A DNA stretch of 64,000 bases, taken from positions 124,001 through 188,000 of the IMG/VR virus record IMGVR_UViG_3300032214_000715; one strand, given 5' to 3'. The position numbers were made by a program, and so were the translations under genes. This document shows, one piece after another, positions 38,032-48,458 of the stretch. The notes beneath the pieces are model-generated. The model was not told the DNA's origin, searched no databases, and saw only the letters and a program-made list of their open reading frames with translations. Numbering within the stretch: position 1 is the stretch's first letter; each line of letters starts with the position of its first letter.

Positions 38032-41000
38032 CTATGTTGGAGTAAAGTTAGCTGTGTACTTTGCGTAGCTATTAATTTGTAAATTGTCTAAATATCCACT
38101 GTACAAGTATGCCGAGCTATAGTAACCACCTATTGCTATGTTGGTAGCAGTTATACTTCCACTAGCGACTCTACTATCAACTGATGTTCCATTGATGTAC
38201 AGCGTGGCAGTACCGGAAACACGAGCAATCGCTACGTGAGTCCAAGTATTGGTTGTTACTACTGCTGAATTGGACCCAACGTTCACTCCCGCTACAATTA
38301 CAATTAATCCCCCGGTTAGTGCCCCGAAAGCACGATTAGAACCTTGAAGTATTGTTACTCCAGTTGTGTATCCAGTAGACAGTCCACCAGCGGTTGTAGA
38401 AGTTTGTAGCTGCCCGCGCTGCGACGCTCCGCTTACATCAGCGCTGTAAATCCAGAACTCAACAGTAAAGTCACCAGTACCCCAAGCAAGATTTGGATTC
38501 ACTGCTGTTAAGTAGTCTCCAGTGCCATCAAAGTACATAGAAGAGTTACCATTCTTTTTCTGTACGGTACTTAATGCTGAGTCACCGATAGTTTCAAAAA
38601 TATTATCACCGATACCATCATATATACCAGCATTTCTAAAGTTCAGCGTTAATGCTGAGCTTGCCAGTGTAGTAGTTGGCGTGGTTGGAGGAGCGAAGCT
38701 GTTACTGTACAATCCAGCGCCGCGAAGAATGCGAAGATTTGAGATATATCCATTAAGTGGATTAACTCCTCCGGGTCCTGCTCCGACAAGCATCGGATAC
38801 AGCACACTTCTGTACATTCCAGCAGTGCTACTTGCGATAGTGGTGGTAAGAACTCCGTTAGAGAACAATCTCAAACTACCAGCTCTTCTGGATATAGCAA
38901 TATGATACCAAACGTTTGGTTTTACGTTGGAAGCTATGATAGCGGCATTGGCAATATCCCACGCAGCATTGGCAGAAGATGCGTAAAGTACTAATCTGCT
39001 GTTAGTATTATCAAAATATACAACAAAAGCACCATATGTTATAGTTCCCCATCCAGAAGAAAGAACTGCCATGACAGAAGCAATAGAGGTTGGTCTCCAC
39101 CAGAAATCAATAGTAAAGTCTTCGTTTGCTACTGGTATAAAAGCATCGTTAGCCGGAACACTCAAGAAGTCACCAGTTCCATCAAAATAAGCAGTTCCAC
39201 CCAACAATGCTCCAGCAGTTGTTGTATTGGTAACACTTACTGTATTACTGAATGGAGTAAATGGATCAACTCTAGTGTCGCCGAATCTAGTAATATTCAG
39301 AGAATTACCACTAATATCATCCATAGTATTACTTTGGGCTACTAATAATCCAGTATTAGGTGTAGTTATTAATGGAGCGGTGCTGGGAGTAAAAGCGCTG
39401 TTATATAGTGACACACCCTTTAGTATTCTAGCATTTGATATCCATCCTTTGTACAACACAGTTGATGTAGCGGGAACTGCTCCCGCGCTTGTGAAATATG
39501 TGCCAAATGTAGTGTTTATTGACAAATAAGCCTTGGTAGTTGAAGAGGTTGCTGTAGCCACAGATACACCGTTTAACCACATTGTTAGCGCACTACCATT
39601 TCTAGTTACAGCAACATGATTCCAAGTGCCCATGTTCACGGCACTTGATGATGTTAATGTCGCAGTAAGACCGGGCGTTGCTCCTGCATGGAAAAATGTT
39701 ACTGTATTGTTAGATTCTAATCTTAGAATCCAACCTTCGCTGCCACTGGCCTGATTCCATTGAGCCATTAATGGTCTTATGCCAGAGGCAACTTCACTGT
39801 TAAACCAGCATTCTACAGTAAAGTTTCCACTCAATATATTAATAGCACTACTATGATTAACTGCTACATAGTCTCCGGTGCCATCAAAGTACCAAGAATA
39901 TAACCCATCAAATGGATCAAAGGAGTTGTTTATTGCTGGAGAACCAGATGTAGTTATAGCATATGCGTTACTACTATTGTCAATAAATCTGTTTGATTGA
40001 CATGTCAACAATGTTGTTCCTGAGATGGCAGTCAATGGTGATGTTGGCGGTGTAAAACTTGATCTATATACAGCGGTTCCTGTTACTATTCGTAAATTTG
40101 AAATATAACCATTAAAGTAACTTTGAAATCCGGTATACTGGGAAGAACCTATATTTGTTGTTCTTGCTGTTACGGTCTTAGTTATTGAAGTGACTGCTCC
40201 AGGAATACCATTGGTGTATATTATTACATTACCCGAATTACGAACCACCGCAACGTGAGTCCATGAATTTAGATTAACTGTACTTAACGTATTTGCGAAT
40301 GCCTGACTTGCGGTGTCACGTATTTGTACTTCTATTGTTCTATCAGTTTGTAAAGACACTGCCCAGTAATTATTGTCAGTATTGCCGGTGGCAGTAGATG
40401 CTATCATTTGAGTCGCCGCTACTGTTGTAGGATAAATCCAGCATTCAATAGTAAAATCACCAGTTCCAAATGTTGAGGCACCTGAAGGAGCAACCAAGTA
40501 AGCATTACTACTTAAAAACACACTATAATTACTAGCGTATGGACTTAATGGTAGTCCATTGTTGTTAGTGTGTATTGACGCATTGCTATTAGTCACAACT
40601 AAATTATTGCTACTGCTATCATTGAAATTATTTTCTCCTAAAATTAATAAACCAGTGTTAGAAATGTTAGTTAAATCAGTAGTTGGTGGTGTAAAATTGC
40701 TTGTGTATACAGCAGTACCTTTTACCACACGCACATTTAAAATATGCCCAATGAAAGGATAAAGTGAACCAGAATCTCTACCAACTCTGAAAATACTTGA
40801 TGGGTAATTTGCAGATGATGTTAATGTACTTCCAACTTGAGTTCCATTTACGAAAAATCTAATACTAGTTCCTGAACGAGTGACCGCCAAATGGTACCAT
40901 TGATTGATGGTAATAGTGTTTGAATTTATAAAATTGCCAGCAGTGCCCGTATACCAAAATTGAAAATTAGTTCCATATTGATACAATCTAAACGGTTGTT

Positions 41001-43308
41001 CAGCAGCATAATTATCTATACCAAATATCATTCTGTAAGATACAGTAGCACTTGTTGGATATGCCCAGCACTCGTATGTAAAATCACCTGTTAATGGGGC
41101 TAGAGAATCAGATGCTGGTACAGATAAAAACGAATTAGTGCCATTAAAACTCATGCTACCAGTCGTTAAGAACGGGCCAAACATGGTTGTCTTGGCATCT
41201 GCGGATACAGTTATTGAAGCATTATTAATACTATTGTCAATAAATCTAGAACTCTGACATGTCAATAAAGATGTTCCTGATATTGCGGTTAACGCGGATG
41301 TTGGAGGTGTGAAATTACTGGTGTACACTGCTGTACCTTTTACCACGCGAAGATTAGAAATATAACCATTAGTATAGGCACTAGTTGAGAAGTTTTGCCC
41401 GCCAATATACACGGTTGCTGATGGATTTAAAGCTACAGTAAGTACGGCACTGTAACCTTGAACACCATTTACAAATATTTTCAGCGTACCAGAGATTCTA
41501 ACAACTGCAATATGATTCCACTGATTATTCGTAATTGCAATTGACGATGCGTAAATTGTTCCATCGTAAAAATAAGGAAAGTTGCTCGCGTCAACATAAA
41601 ATGCATAAGGGGATGCTGAAGCAGCCCCTCTTGCATCTATTATAGGATTATTTCCGGCTGCTGGTTTATTTATCCAGCATTCAATAGTGAAATCTCCAGT
41701 ACCAAACTGAAATGCAGCATTTGTCGGCGTTGTTAAATAATCCCCATTACCGTCAAAGTATCCGCTCCAACTTTGTGTTACTGGTGTGATAGTTGTGGTT
41801 GTAGAAGTTAAACTGAAGGGACTATTTGCGGTGACTCTAGCATCACCAACTGTAGTTATTGTAAATGCGTTTGTACTGCTATCTGTCATCGCTGCGCCCT
41901 GACAGGTCAACAAACTAGTGTTTGAAATAGCAGTTAATTCAGATGTTGATGGCGTAAATGCTGAAGTATAAACGGCAGTTCCTTTTACTAAACGGAGATT
42001 ACTGATATATCCAGTATATGTCGCACCCCCATCATCAGCACCTATTCTAACCGCCGCTTGAGCAAAACTATAACTATTAGTTGCGGTGGCTACTTGTACT
42101 CCATTATAAAATAATCTCAGTGAATTTCCACTTCTTACTGCTGCTATATGAGTCCAAACATTTAACGTAGGCAACACATTGTATGCGATTTGATTATCAA
42201 CTCCATAAGCACGAATAACAAAGTCCGAATTTACTTTACCAACAAATAATCCTCCAGTGGCAGTGGTGGCATATACCGCGTGTACATTGTTACTCCAACT
42301 TGTTGGATATATCCAAGCCTCCCATGTGAAGTCGCCGGTTCCCATAGAAAATGCCGCATTACTTGACAAAGATAGATAATCTCCGTTGCCGTCAAAGAAC
42401 ACACTACGTGCTGGTAATTTAGTTATTTCAGTTGTTGTCGGAACGTCAAATGGTCCATAATGTCTAGATTGAGCGTCACCGTTAATTGTTAGCGCGAAAC
42501 TATTAGGACTGTTATCTACGAGATATGTATTCTGACAAGTCAATAATGACGTTCCTGATATTGCGGTTAGTACGGATGTAGATGGAGTGAAGTTACTGGT
42601 GTATAATGCGGTACCTTTTACCATTCTTAGATTAGAAAGATACGCATTTAATTTAGAATATGTGGCCGTTTGATTGGCTCCAGACGAAAAGTTACCAATA
42701 CATGTTTGAATATTAGCACCTGCCCAGGGAGCATTTGCTGAAGAGGCTACCGCATTTCCGTTTAAGTATAAAGTAACAGTAGTAGTTGCTGAATTATAAA
42801 CTACTGCCAAATGAGACCACGTGTTTAACTGTAAAAGCGCAGAGCTTGTAAGTACTATCGCATTTGCTCTGTTTGAAGTAGTAAAGTAAACAAAATTTGG
42901 AGCCCCAGTTGAAGAAATTCTAAGCGCAAAGTTCTGGGAATTACTTCCACCATCGTCTTGAACTAAAATATAGTTATAACTGTTGACATCAAATGATACT
43001 GGATTTATCCAAGTTTCTATGGTAAAACTTCCACCAAATACATTTAATACTGTATTGGCAGGGATTGTTAAATAATCACCAGTACCGTCAAAAAACCAAC
43101 TACAATTAGTTGAATAGGGATTCAATGTTCCTTGTGTGACGTTTCCATTAGCAGTTATAGGGCCAAAGTAGTTGTTAGACTCATCAAGAAATACGTTGTT
43201 TTTTTCTCGGTTATATCCTTCGCCGGATAATTTCATTATGAGATACTTTGACAATGTACTAATTGCCGCTGATACCTTTGACGCTGACATGCTAAAAAAT
43301 CCGAACAT
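38032..43308 (-). CDS. Adhesin with 8 tandem LamG/concanavalin-like domains
   Basis: Eight units of FDGxGDYL...FTxExW...GYISNLR type; late promoter at 43330-43336. Confidence 0.85.
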   Translation of the reverse strand: MFGFFSMSASKVSAAISTLSKYLIMKLSGEGYNREKNNVFLDESNNYFGPITANGNVTQGTLNPYSTNCSWFFDGTGDYLTIPANTVLNVFGGSFTIETWINPVSFDVNSYNYILVQDDGGSNSQNFALRISSTGAPNFVYFTTSNRANAIVLTSSALLQLNTWSHLAVVYNSATTTVTLYLNGNAVASSANAPWAGANIQTCIGNFSSGANQTATYSKLNAYLSNLRMVKGTALYTSNFTPSTSVLTAISGTSLLTCQNTYLVDNSPNSFALTINGDAQSRHYGPFDVPTTTEITKLPARSVFFDGNGDYLSLSSNAAFSMGTGDFTWEAWIYPTSWSNNVHAVYATTATGGLFVGKVNSDFVIRAYGVDNQIAYNVLPTLNVWTHIAAVRSGNSLRLFYNGVQVATATNSYSFAQAAVRIGADDGGATYTGYISNLRLVKGTAVYTSAFTPSTSELTAISNTSLLTCQGAAMTDSSTNAFTITTVGDARVTANSPFSLTSTTTTITPVTQSWSGYFDGNGDYLTTPTNAAFQFGTGDFTIECWINKPAAGNNPIIDARGAASASPYAFYVDASNFPYFYDGTIYASSIAITNNQWNHIAVVRISGTLKIFVNGVQGYSAVLTVALNPSATVYIGGQNFSTSAYTNGYISNLRVVKGTAVYTSNFTPPTSALTAISGTSLLTCQSSRFIDNSINNASITVSADAKTTMFGPFLTTGSMSFNGTNSFLSVPASDSLAPLTGDFTYECWAYPTSATVSYRMIFGIDNYAAEQPFRLYQYGTNFQFWYTGTAGNFINSNTITINQWYHLAVTRSGTSIRFFVNGTQVGSTLTSSANYPSSIFRVGRDSGSLYPFIGHILNVRVVKGTAVYTSNFTPPTTDLTNISNTGLLILGENNFNDSSSNNLVVTNSNASIHTNNNGLPLSPYASNYSVFLSSNAYLVAPSGASTFGTGDFTIECWIYPTTVAATQMIASTATGNTDNNYWAVSLQTDRTIEVQIRDTASQAFANTLSTVNLNSWTHVAVVRNSGNVIIYTNGIPGAVTSITKTVTARTTNIGSSQYTGFQSYFNGYISNLRIVTGTAVYRSSFTPPTSPLTAISGTTLLTCQSNRFIDNSSNAYAITTSGSPAINNSFDPFDGLYSWYFDGTGDYVAVNHSSAINILSGNFTVECWFNSEVASGIRPLMAQWNQASGSEGWILRLESNNTVTFFHAGATPGLTATLTSSSAVNMGTWNHVAVTRNGSALTMWLNGVSVATATSSTTKAYLSINTTFGTYFTSAGAVPATSTVLYKGWISNARILKGVSLYNSAFTPSTAPLITTPNTGLLVAQSNTMDDISGNSLNITRFGDTRVDPFTPFSNTVSVTNTTTAGALLGGTAYFDGTGDFLSVPANDAFIPVANEDFTIDFWWRPTSIASVMAVLSSGWGTITYGAFVVYFDNTNSRLVLYASSANAAWDIANAAIIASNVKPNVWYHIAISRRAGSLRLFSNGVLTTTIASSTAGMYRSVLYPMLVGAGPGGVNPLNGYISNLRILRGAGLYSNSFAPPTTPTTTLASSALTLNFRNAGIYDGIGDNIFETIGDSALSTVQKKNGNSSMYFDGTGDYLTAVNPNLAWGTGDFTVEFWIYSADVSGASQRGQLQTSTTAGGLSTGYTTGVTILQGSNRAFGALTGGLIVIVAGVNVGSNSAVVTTNTWTHVAIARVSGTATLYINGTSVDSRVASGSITATNIAIGGYYSSAYLYSGYLDNLQINSYAKYTANFTPT

Positions 43309-43362
43309 AATAATTCCTATCCTTTGTAATATTTATCAGGGCTTATTCAGCCCCGATATGTA

Positions 43363-46047
43363 TTAATAATTTTGCCCAGCGACAAATCCGTACCAGGTAG
43401 TTCCGCCATCGTGAGTTACTAAGTTAAGAATATCAGTTTTACTGCCTGTAGTTGTTAATGTAGGAGCAGTTCCACTAGGCCATTTAACTGCTGCTGGCCA
43501 AGTAATTGTTCTACTACCAGTAGCATCCTGATTTAAGAATAATGTCATGTTATACGCACGACCAGCTACTGGTACATTACTGAATGCTAGAGTAGTAATA
43601 CTAGCATTCATAGTAACGTTAAATATGTTGCCTGCTGAGCAATCTATTGTTGTACTTGACGCTGATGTTACATTGGTACGAGTTTCAGTGTAGTTAGTTC
43701 CGAATGTCGTTGAACCACTAACTGTTAGACTACTTAATGTACCTACGCTTGTTAGTGAACTACTGACAACATTACTTGCTAGAGTTGTTCCAGTTAGTGT
43801 TCCGGCGTCACTAGAACCACCGCCAGAGACTGCTGCCCAAGTAGGAACTCCACCAACAACTGTTAGCACTTGATTGGTAGTACCAATAGCTAATTTGCTT
43901 AGTGTATTTGAGTCACTAGCATATAGTAAGTCACCAGTAGTCCAAGTAGATTGTGCGGTACCACCGTTAGTAGCAGCAAGAGTTCCGGATAGAGTAATTG
44001 TACCGCTACTTGTTATTGGGCCATCACTAGTAGTTAAACCAGTTGTTCCGCCACTGACAGCGACGGATGTAACTCTGGACATTGTTTGCCAGGTAGGAGC
44101 AGCATTTCCGTTACTTGTCAATACTTGTCCGCTAGTACCAACGTCAGAACCAGTTGATCCTACGCTCCAAGCTCCACTGGAGGTAATTCTTAATCTTTCT
44201 ACTAGTGAGGTAGAGTTAGAATATGTCTGTATAGCAACATATCCAGGGAAACTGCCGGCGCTGCCGCCGTTTAGAATAACATTACCGCCTGTTGTAACAC
44301 CGCCGCCACTTGATGTGCCACCCTGTAACGTTACATCTCCGGCAGTTGAGTTTGTTAGACTTTGTGTTCCGCCCACAATAACAATATTTCCGGGGAAAGG
44401 AGTAGGAGTGGATACAGATGAATTTCCAGTAATTGTGGTGGTAGCTGCCGCATAGGTAGCTCCAACGGCTCCAATACTTATACTAGTTACTCCGCTTAGT
44501 AAGCTGTTTATTGCGACACTAGCGGTTGTACCTCCAGTACCACCAGCAGCGATGGGTAGAGTTCCAGCAGTAATAGCACTAGCACTGGTTGAATATAATG
44601 CTCTGTTAGCTGCTCCAAAAGTAGATAATCCTGTGCCACCAACTGATGTTGGAACGGCACTGATGATATCAGTTCCAGCGACTTCGCCCTGCATGTTAAA
44701 AGTCGTTACTGAAGCTCCGATTCCAGAGTTAGTTCCAGGAATATAGTAATTTCCGCCACGAACATATACCGCTCCAGCAGATCCATTTACTGCCTTTCCA
44801 GTTCCAGCGACTACATTATAGGTAACGGCAGTAGCTATTACTGTGGCGCCGGCGGCGATATTAATACCGTTTCCATTGGCTTTAGTGGTAGTGACGGCAC
44901 TGTAACCTAAGCTAACGGTTCCGGTGGCAACATTTATTACATTGGTGGCACTAGTGGTTGCTATTTGAACTAAACTTAGTGTAATAGTACCAGATAGATT
45001 CACTGCGTTAGTTGTGCTACCTGAGCTTAGTGTCATATAACTAATAATACAGTTAGTTGTATTAGTGACATTTAACGTCACTGCTGTTCCAACTGTTGTA
45101 ATATCTGTGTTATACAAACGAATTCTGTTTCCACCGCTAGCGGTGCTAGTAGTTGTAAATCCAGCGCCGGAATCGCTGTACAGATAGCAATTATTCACAT
45201 CTAAACTACATTGTACTGTTCCAGCTAGAGTTAGTGCAGATGAAGCTCCTCCTGTAATAAACAGATTATTTAAACTGATATTAGTCTGAAAAATGCCCTG
45301 ATATGACTGTGTAGGTTCAACCGTTACAGAGCCATTTAAGAATGTACTTTTTAATTTGCCCTCAGCGCCAAACAAATGCGTGGTTGCTCGGTTTATAGTA
45401 ATGTTTTCTGCGTAGTTTCCTGGACCTATGAATATAGCTATGTGCGTGGCACTGCTGACAGTTACTGGGTATTGAGTATTTGCGTAACTTAGTGCTGCCC
45501 CGATGGTCAAGAATGGTTTCGAAATAGAGCCATCAGCGTTGCTATCATTACCGCCCTTAGTTACATACAAGCGATTAGCGATGTCTACTGTACTCCAGCT
45601 AGCACTGGTTCCATTGGTAACTAACACTTTACCATTATTATTAGCTTGACTTGGTAAAGAATCTAGAGTAGCCCAACTAGTATCTGTGCCGTCAGTAGTT
45701 AAAAATTTTCCAGTATTTCCGGTTTGACTTGGAGCAAGTGCGTTGAACGCAGAGTTTGCGGTGGTCTGTCCGGTTCCGCCGTTTGTAACCGCTAGTGTGC
45801 CAGCAAGTGTAATTGTACCGCTATCAGTGACTGGCCCACCCGTCGCTGATAATCCCGTTGTACCTCCACTAATATCTACACTAGTTACAGTGCCAGAATT
45901 TTGTCCTCCTATTACTATTCCACCGGCAGTGCTGCCGTCTCCAACATATAGTCGTTGAGTGTCTGTAGTAAATATTAATTCTCCCGCTGCTGGAGTTATA
46001 TTTGTTCTATTTGCTGCTAAGCCTCTTCTTAATTGTAATGATGGCAT
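43363..46047 (-). CDS. Fibre/spike protein: Mtd_N-like N-terminus, beta-helix-like middle, C-terminus ending GFVAGQNY
   Basis: LQLRRG...PAAGEL...LYVGDG; YVTKGGNDSNADGSISKPFLTIGAA...IFIGPGNYAE resembles a beta-helix cap. Confidence 0.8.
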   Translation of the reverse strand: MPSLQLRRGLAANRTNITPAAGELIFTTDTQRLYVGDGSTAGGIVIGGQNSGTVTSVDISGGTTGLSATGGPVTDSGTITLAGTLAVTNGGTGQTTANSAFNALAPSQTGNTGKFLTTDGTDTSWATLDSLPSQANNNGKVLVTNGTSASWSTVDIANRLYVTKGGNDSNADGSISKPFLTIGAALSYANTQYPVTVSSATHIAIFIGPGNYAENITINRATTHLFGAEGKLKSTFLNGSVTVEPTQSYQGIFQTNISLNNLFITGGASSALTLAGTVQCSLDVNNCYLYSDSGAGFTTTSTASGGNRIRLYNTDITTVGTAVTLNVTNTTNCIISYMTLSSGSTTNAVNLSGTITLSLVQIATTSATNVINVATGTVSLGYSAVTTTKANGNGINIAAGATVIATAVTYNVVAGTGKAVNGSAGAVYVRGGNYYIPGTNSGIGASVTTFNMQGEVAGTDIISAVPTSVGGTGLSTFGAANRALYSTSASAITAGTLPIAAGGTGGTTASVAINSLLSGVTSISIGAVGATYAAATTTITGNSSVSTPTPFPGNIVIVGGTQSLTNSTAGDVTLQGGTSSGGGVTTGGNVILNGGSAGSFPGYVAIQTYSNSTSLVERLRITSSGAWSVGSTGSDVGTSGQVLTSNGNAAPTWQTMSRVTSVAVSGGTTGLTTSDGPITSSGTITLSGTLAATNGGTAQSTWTTGDLLYASDSNTLSKLAIGTTNQVLTVVGGVPTWAAVSGGGSSDAGTLTGTTLASNVVSSSLTSVGTLSSLTVSGSTTFGTNYTETRTNVTSASSTTIDCSAGNIFNVTMNASITTLAFSNVPVAGRAYNMTLFLNQDATGSRTITWPAAVKWPSGTAPTLTTTGSKTDILNLVTHDGGTTWYGFVAGQNY

Positions 46048-46060
46048 TGTGTTCTCCTAA

Positions 46061-47293
46061 TTAAAATGTTCCCATATCTAAATAAAAACCAGCGGGCTGT
46101 TCAAAAGTACCAAAATCAAGACCTCCGGCAGTAGCAATTGCGGCCCAAGTCAATACTCCTGCTCCGTCGGTCGTTAAATATTTTCCATTATTACCAGTTT
46201 GCGATGGTAATAAATTAGCGGCTGCTTCTGCTGCGCTTGTAGCTCCAGTACCACCATTTGCTACAGCTACTGTTCCTGTTACATTTGCTGCGCTACCTGA
46301 TATGTTTCCACTTATATCTTCACCACTAACTGTAGCGCTACTACTTAACTCTGTGCCGTCACTCTTAAGATACCCGGAGCTAAAGCTTGTCTTACCAGTA
46401 CCGCCGTTAGCTACTGCTAATGTTCCGTCAAGTGTTATTGTTCCGCTATCAGTAATTGGTCCACCAGTAGTAGTAAGTCCTGTAGTACCGCCGCTAATAT
46501 CAATACTAGTGACAGTTCCATTTGTAGTAGTGATTGTAGTCCAAGTAGGAGAACTACCATTTCCATTACTAGTCAATACTTGACCGCTTGTTCCATAATT
46601 TGCTCCACTTAATCCCCAAGCGCCAGATGAAGTGAATCTAACTCTCTCTGTTTGTGAACTGCCAGTTGTTATTATTACTGATCCAACTCCATCCGGGCCG
46701 ACACCACTCTGTAAATATACATTACCACCAGTACCATTGTTAATTCCACCTGGTCCGCCTCTTAGATATACATGCCCTGGGCTACCCCCTGAAATTGGAT
46801 TACCAGAGATACCTCCAACGATAACTATACTAGCCCCAGAATTAGCACTACTTGCGGCGCCGGCACCAGAGATAGTAAATGTAGTATCACTTGATCCTAT
46901 AGTTAAAGTAGATCCGCTATAACTAATACTACTGGTGGCAGAGTAAGCGCCGCTACTATTAAATAGTATTTGCCCATTGCTACCAGGAACACTGGTTAAT
47001 CCAGTTCCACCCTGCGCTACGCTCAATGCGGTTGTTAATCCGCTAAGACTTGTTATGTCACTGTTGGACCCGCTTTTTGCTGCTCCGATGTTGACTAGAA
47101 TATCTTCAATAGTGGTTGATCCAGTACCGCCATATTCTATAGCAAGAACGCCTTTTGTAATGTTGCTAGCATTTTCACTAAAGTTTTTAGTAGCAGCATC
47201 TTGAAGATTTACTGGCTCACCAACATTAATAATCGGAGCATCCGATAGGCTAATGCCAGTTGTTGTAACGAATGGAATTTGAACACTACTCAT
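46061..47293 (-). CDS. Fibre protein ending LDFGTF...LDMGTF
   Basis: GGTG repeats; closely similar to part of 14753..16483; late promoter at 47316-47322. Confidence 0.8.
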   Translation of the reverse strand: MSSVQIPFVTTTGISLSDAPIINVGEPVNLQDAATKNFSENASNITKGVLAIEYGGTGSTTIEDILVNIGAAKSGSNSDITSLSGLTTALSVAQGGTGLTSVPGSNGQILFNSSGAYSATSSISYSGSTLTIGSSDTTFTISGAGAASSANSGASIVIVGGISGNPISGGSPGHVYLRGGPGGINNGTGGNVYLQSGVGPDGVGSVIITTGSSQTERVRFTSSGAWGLSGANYGTSGQVLTSNGNGSSPTWTTITTTNGTVTSIDISGGTTGLTTTGGPITDSGTITLDGTLAVANGGTGKTSFSSGYLKSDGTELSSSATVSGEDISGNISGSAANVTGTVAVANGGTGATSAAEAAANLLPSQTGNNGKYLTTDGAGVLTWAAIATAGGLDFGTFEQPAGFYLDMGTF

Positions 47294-47326
47294 ATATTTT
47301 CCTTGTCCATACTAGTATTTATGTTA

Positions 47327-48316
47327 TTACACAACAATACAAGTGCGGATAGCACGAATAGTAGTTACTGAGTTAGTGGGTGTTACTCTTAGTTGAAGAT
47401 TTCCAGACACATAATTGGCATCAAACGATGCTATTGTTGAGCCTGTTGCTATCATAGCAAACTCTGTATAGTAAGCGGTGGATCCATCGTGCGTGACTAA
47501 CAACTCACTGGTTTGATATGAGCTTCCGCTAGTTACTTGAATTACATATTTCACTGTTCTATAAACAGAGCCGTCAACGCTATCAACTATTTGATCGCTG
47601 TTCGTGTTGGTCGTAATTAAGGTAACAGTTGAAATAGTACCTTGATTGATGTTTAATGTTCCGACAGATAAATTATCTGTGCCAGGATTATATTTTAGTC
47701 CACTAGCAGTGTTTATTGCCTGTGCGGTACTAGTATTGCTAGAAACAAACGGAATATAGTAATTGCTGTTAGTAGTGACAGAGCCGGTATTGGCCAATGT
47801 AGATGCTGCCCCTACAGATCCAGTAATATCTGCTGCATCTATAGTTCCGGTACTGCTTAGTGCTGTACCATTGCTCTTTAAATATCCACTAGTGAATGAT
47901 GTTACTCCAGTACCGCCCTGCGCGACACTCAGTGCTGTAGTTAATCCGCTTAAGCTAGTAATGTCGCTATTAGCACCGCTCTTAGCGGCGCTTAAATTAG
48001 TTCTTGCTTCGGTAGCATCAGTCGCTCCAGTGCCGCCCTTAGCTACAGAAACTGTATTAAGACTCAGTGATATTGTTCCGCTTTGAGTAATCGGACTGTC
48101 TGTTACAGACAACGCTCCGTCAGTAGAAGAAATGGCTACACTGGTTACGGTACCGCTAGTGTTATTTCCTGTTAATTCGCCTACAGTGTTATCACTTTTT
48201 TTGTAGAATAATTTTCCGTCTGTATAGTTTATGGCTAGTTCGCCATAGTCTAAATCTTGCGCCTGTGGCATTTTTCCAGACACAGACGATCTTTTTAATT
48301 TAATGTTGCTGCTCAT
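47327..48316 (-). CDS. Short fibre protein with Mtd_N-like N-terminus
   Basis: IKLKRSS...LDYGELAINYTDGKLFY; one AKSGANSDITSL unit; late promoter at 48369-48375. Confidence 0.8.
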   Translation of the reverse strand: MSSNIKLKRSSVSGKMPQAQDLDYGELAINYTDGKLFYKKSDNTVGELTGNNTSGTVTSVAISSTDGALSVTDSPITQSGTISLSLNTVSVAKGGTGATDATEARTNLSAAKSGANSDITSLSGLTTALSVAQGGTGVTSFTSGYLKSNGTALSSTGTIDAADITGSVGAASTLANTGSVTTNSNYYIPFVSSNTSTAQAINTASGLKYNPGTDNLSVGTLNINQGTISTVTLITTNTNSDQIVDSVDGSVYRTVKYVIQVTSGSSYQTSELLVTHDGSTAYYTEFAMIATGSTIASFDANYVSGNLQLRVTPTNSVTTIRAIRTCIVV

Positions 48317-48411
48317 TTTTGTCCTAATAAGGTAAGAGGTGTTGAAGAATAAAAATTCTTCATAACATTATTTATCTATGAAAAACAAAACACAATAATA
48401 ATTTATATACA

Positions 48412-48439
48412 AAAAAAGCGCGACTAGTCGCGCTTTTTT
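48412..48439. terminator. Intrinsic terminator (perfect 28-bp palindrome)
   Basis: AAAAAAGCGCGACTAGTCGCGCTTTTTT. Confidence 0.85.
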
Positions 48440-48458
48440 GATCAATATCTCACTACAA

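Noticed and set aside
48412-48439. Perfect palindromes (also 63927-63952) as recombination or protelomerase sites
   Set aside because: GC stems flanked by A/T runs in intergenic DNA are adequately explained as intrinsic terminators.
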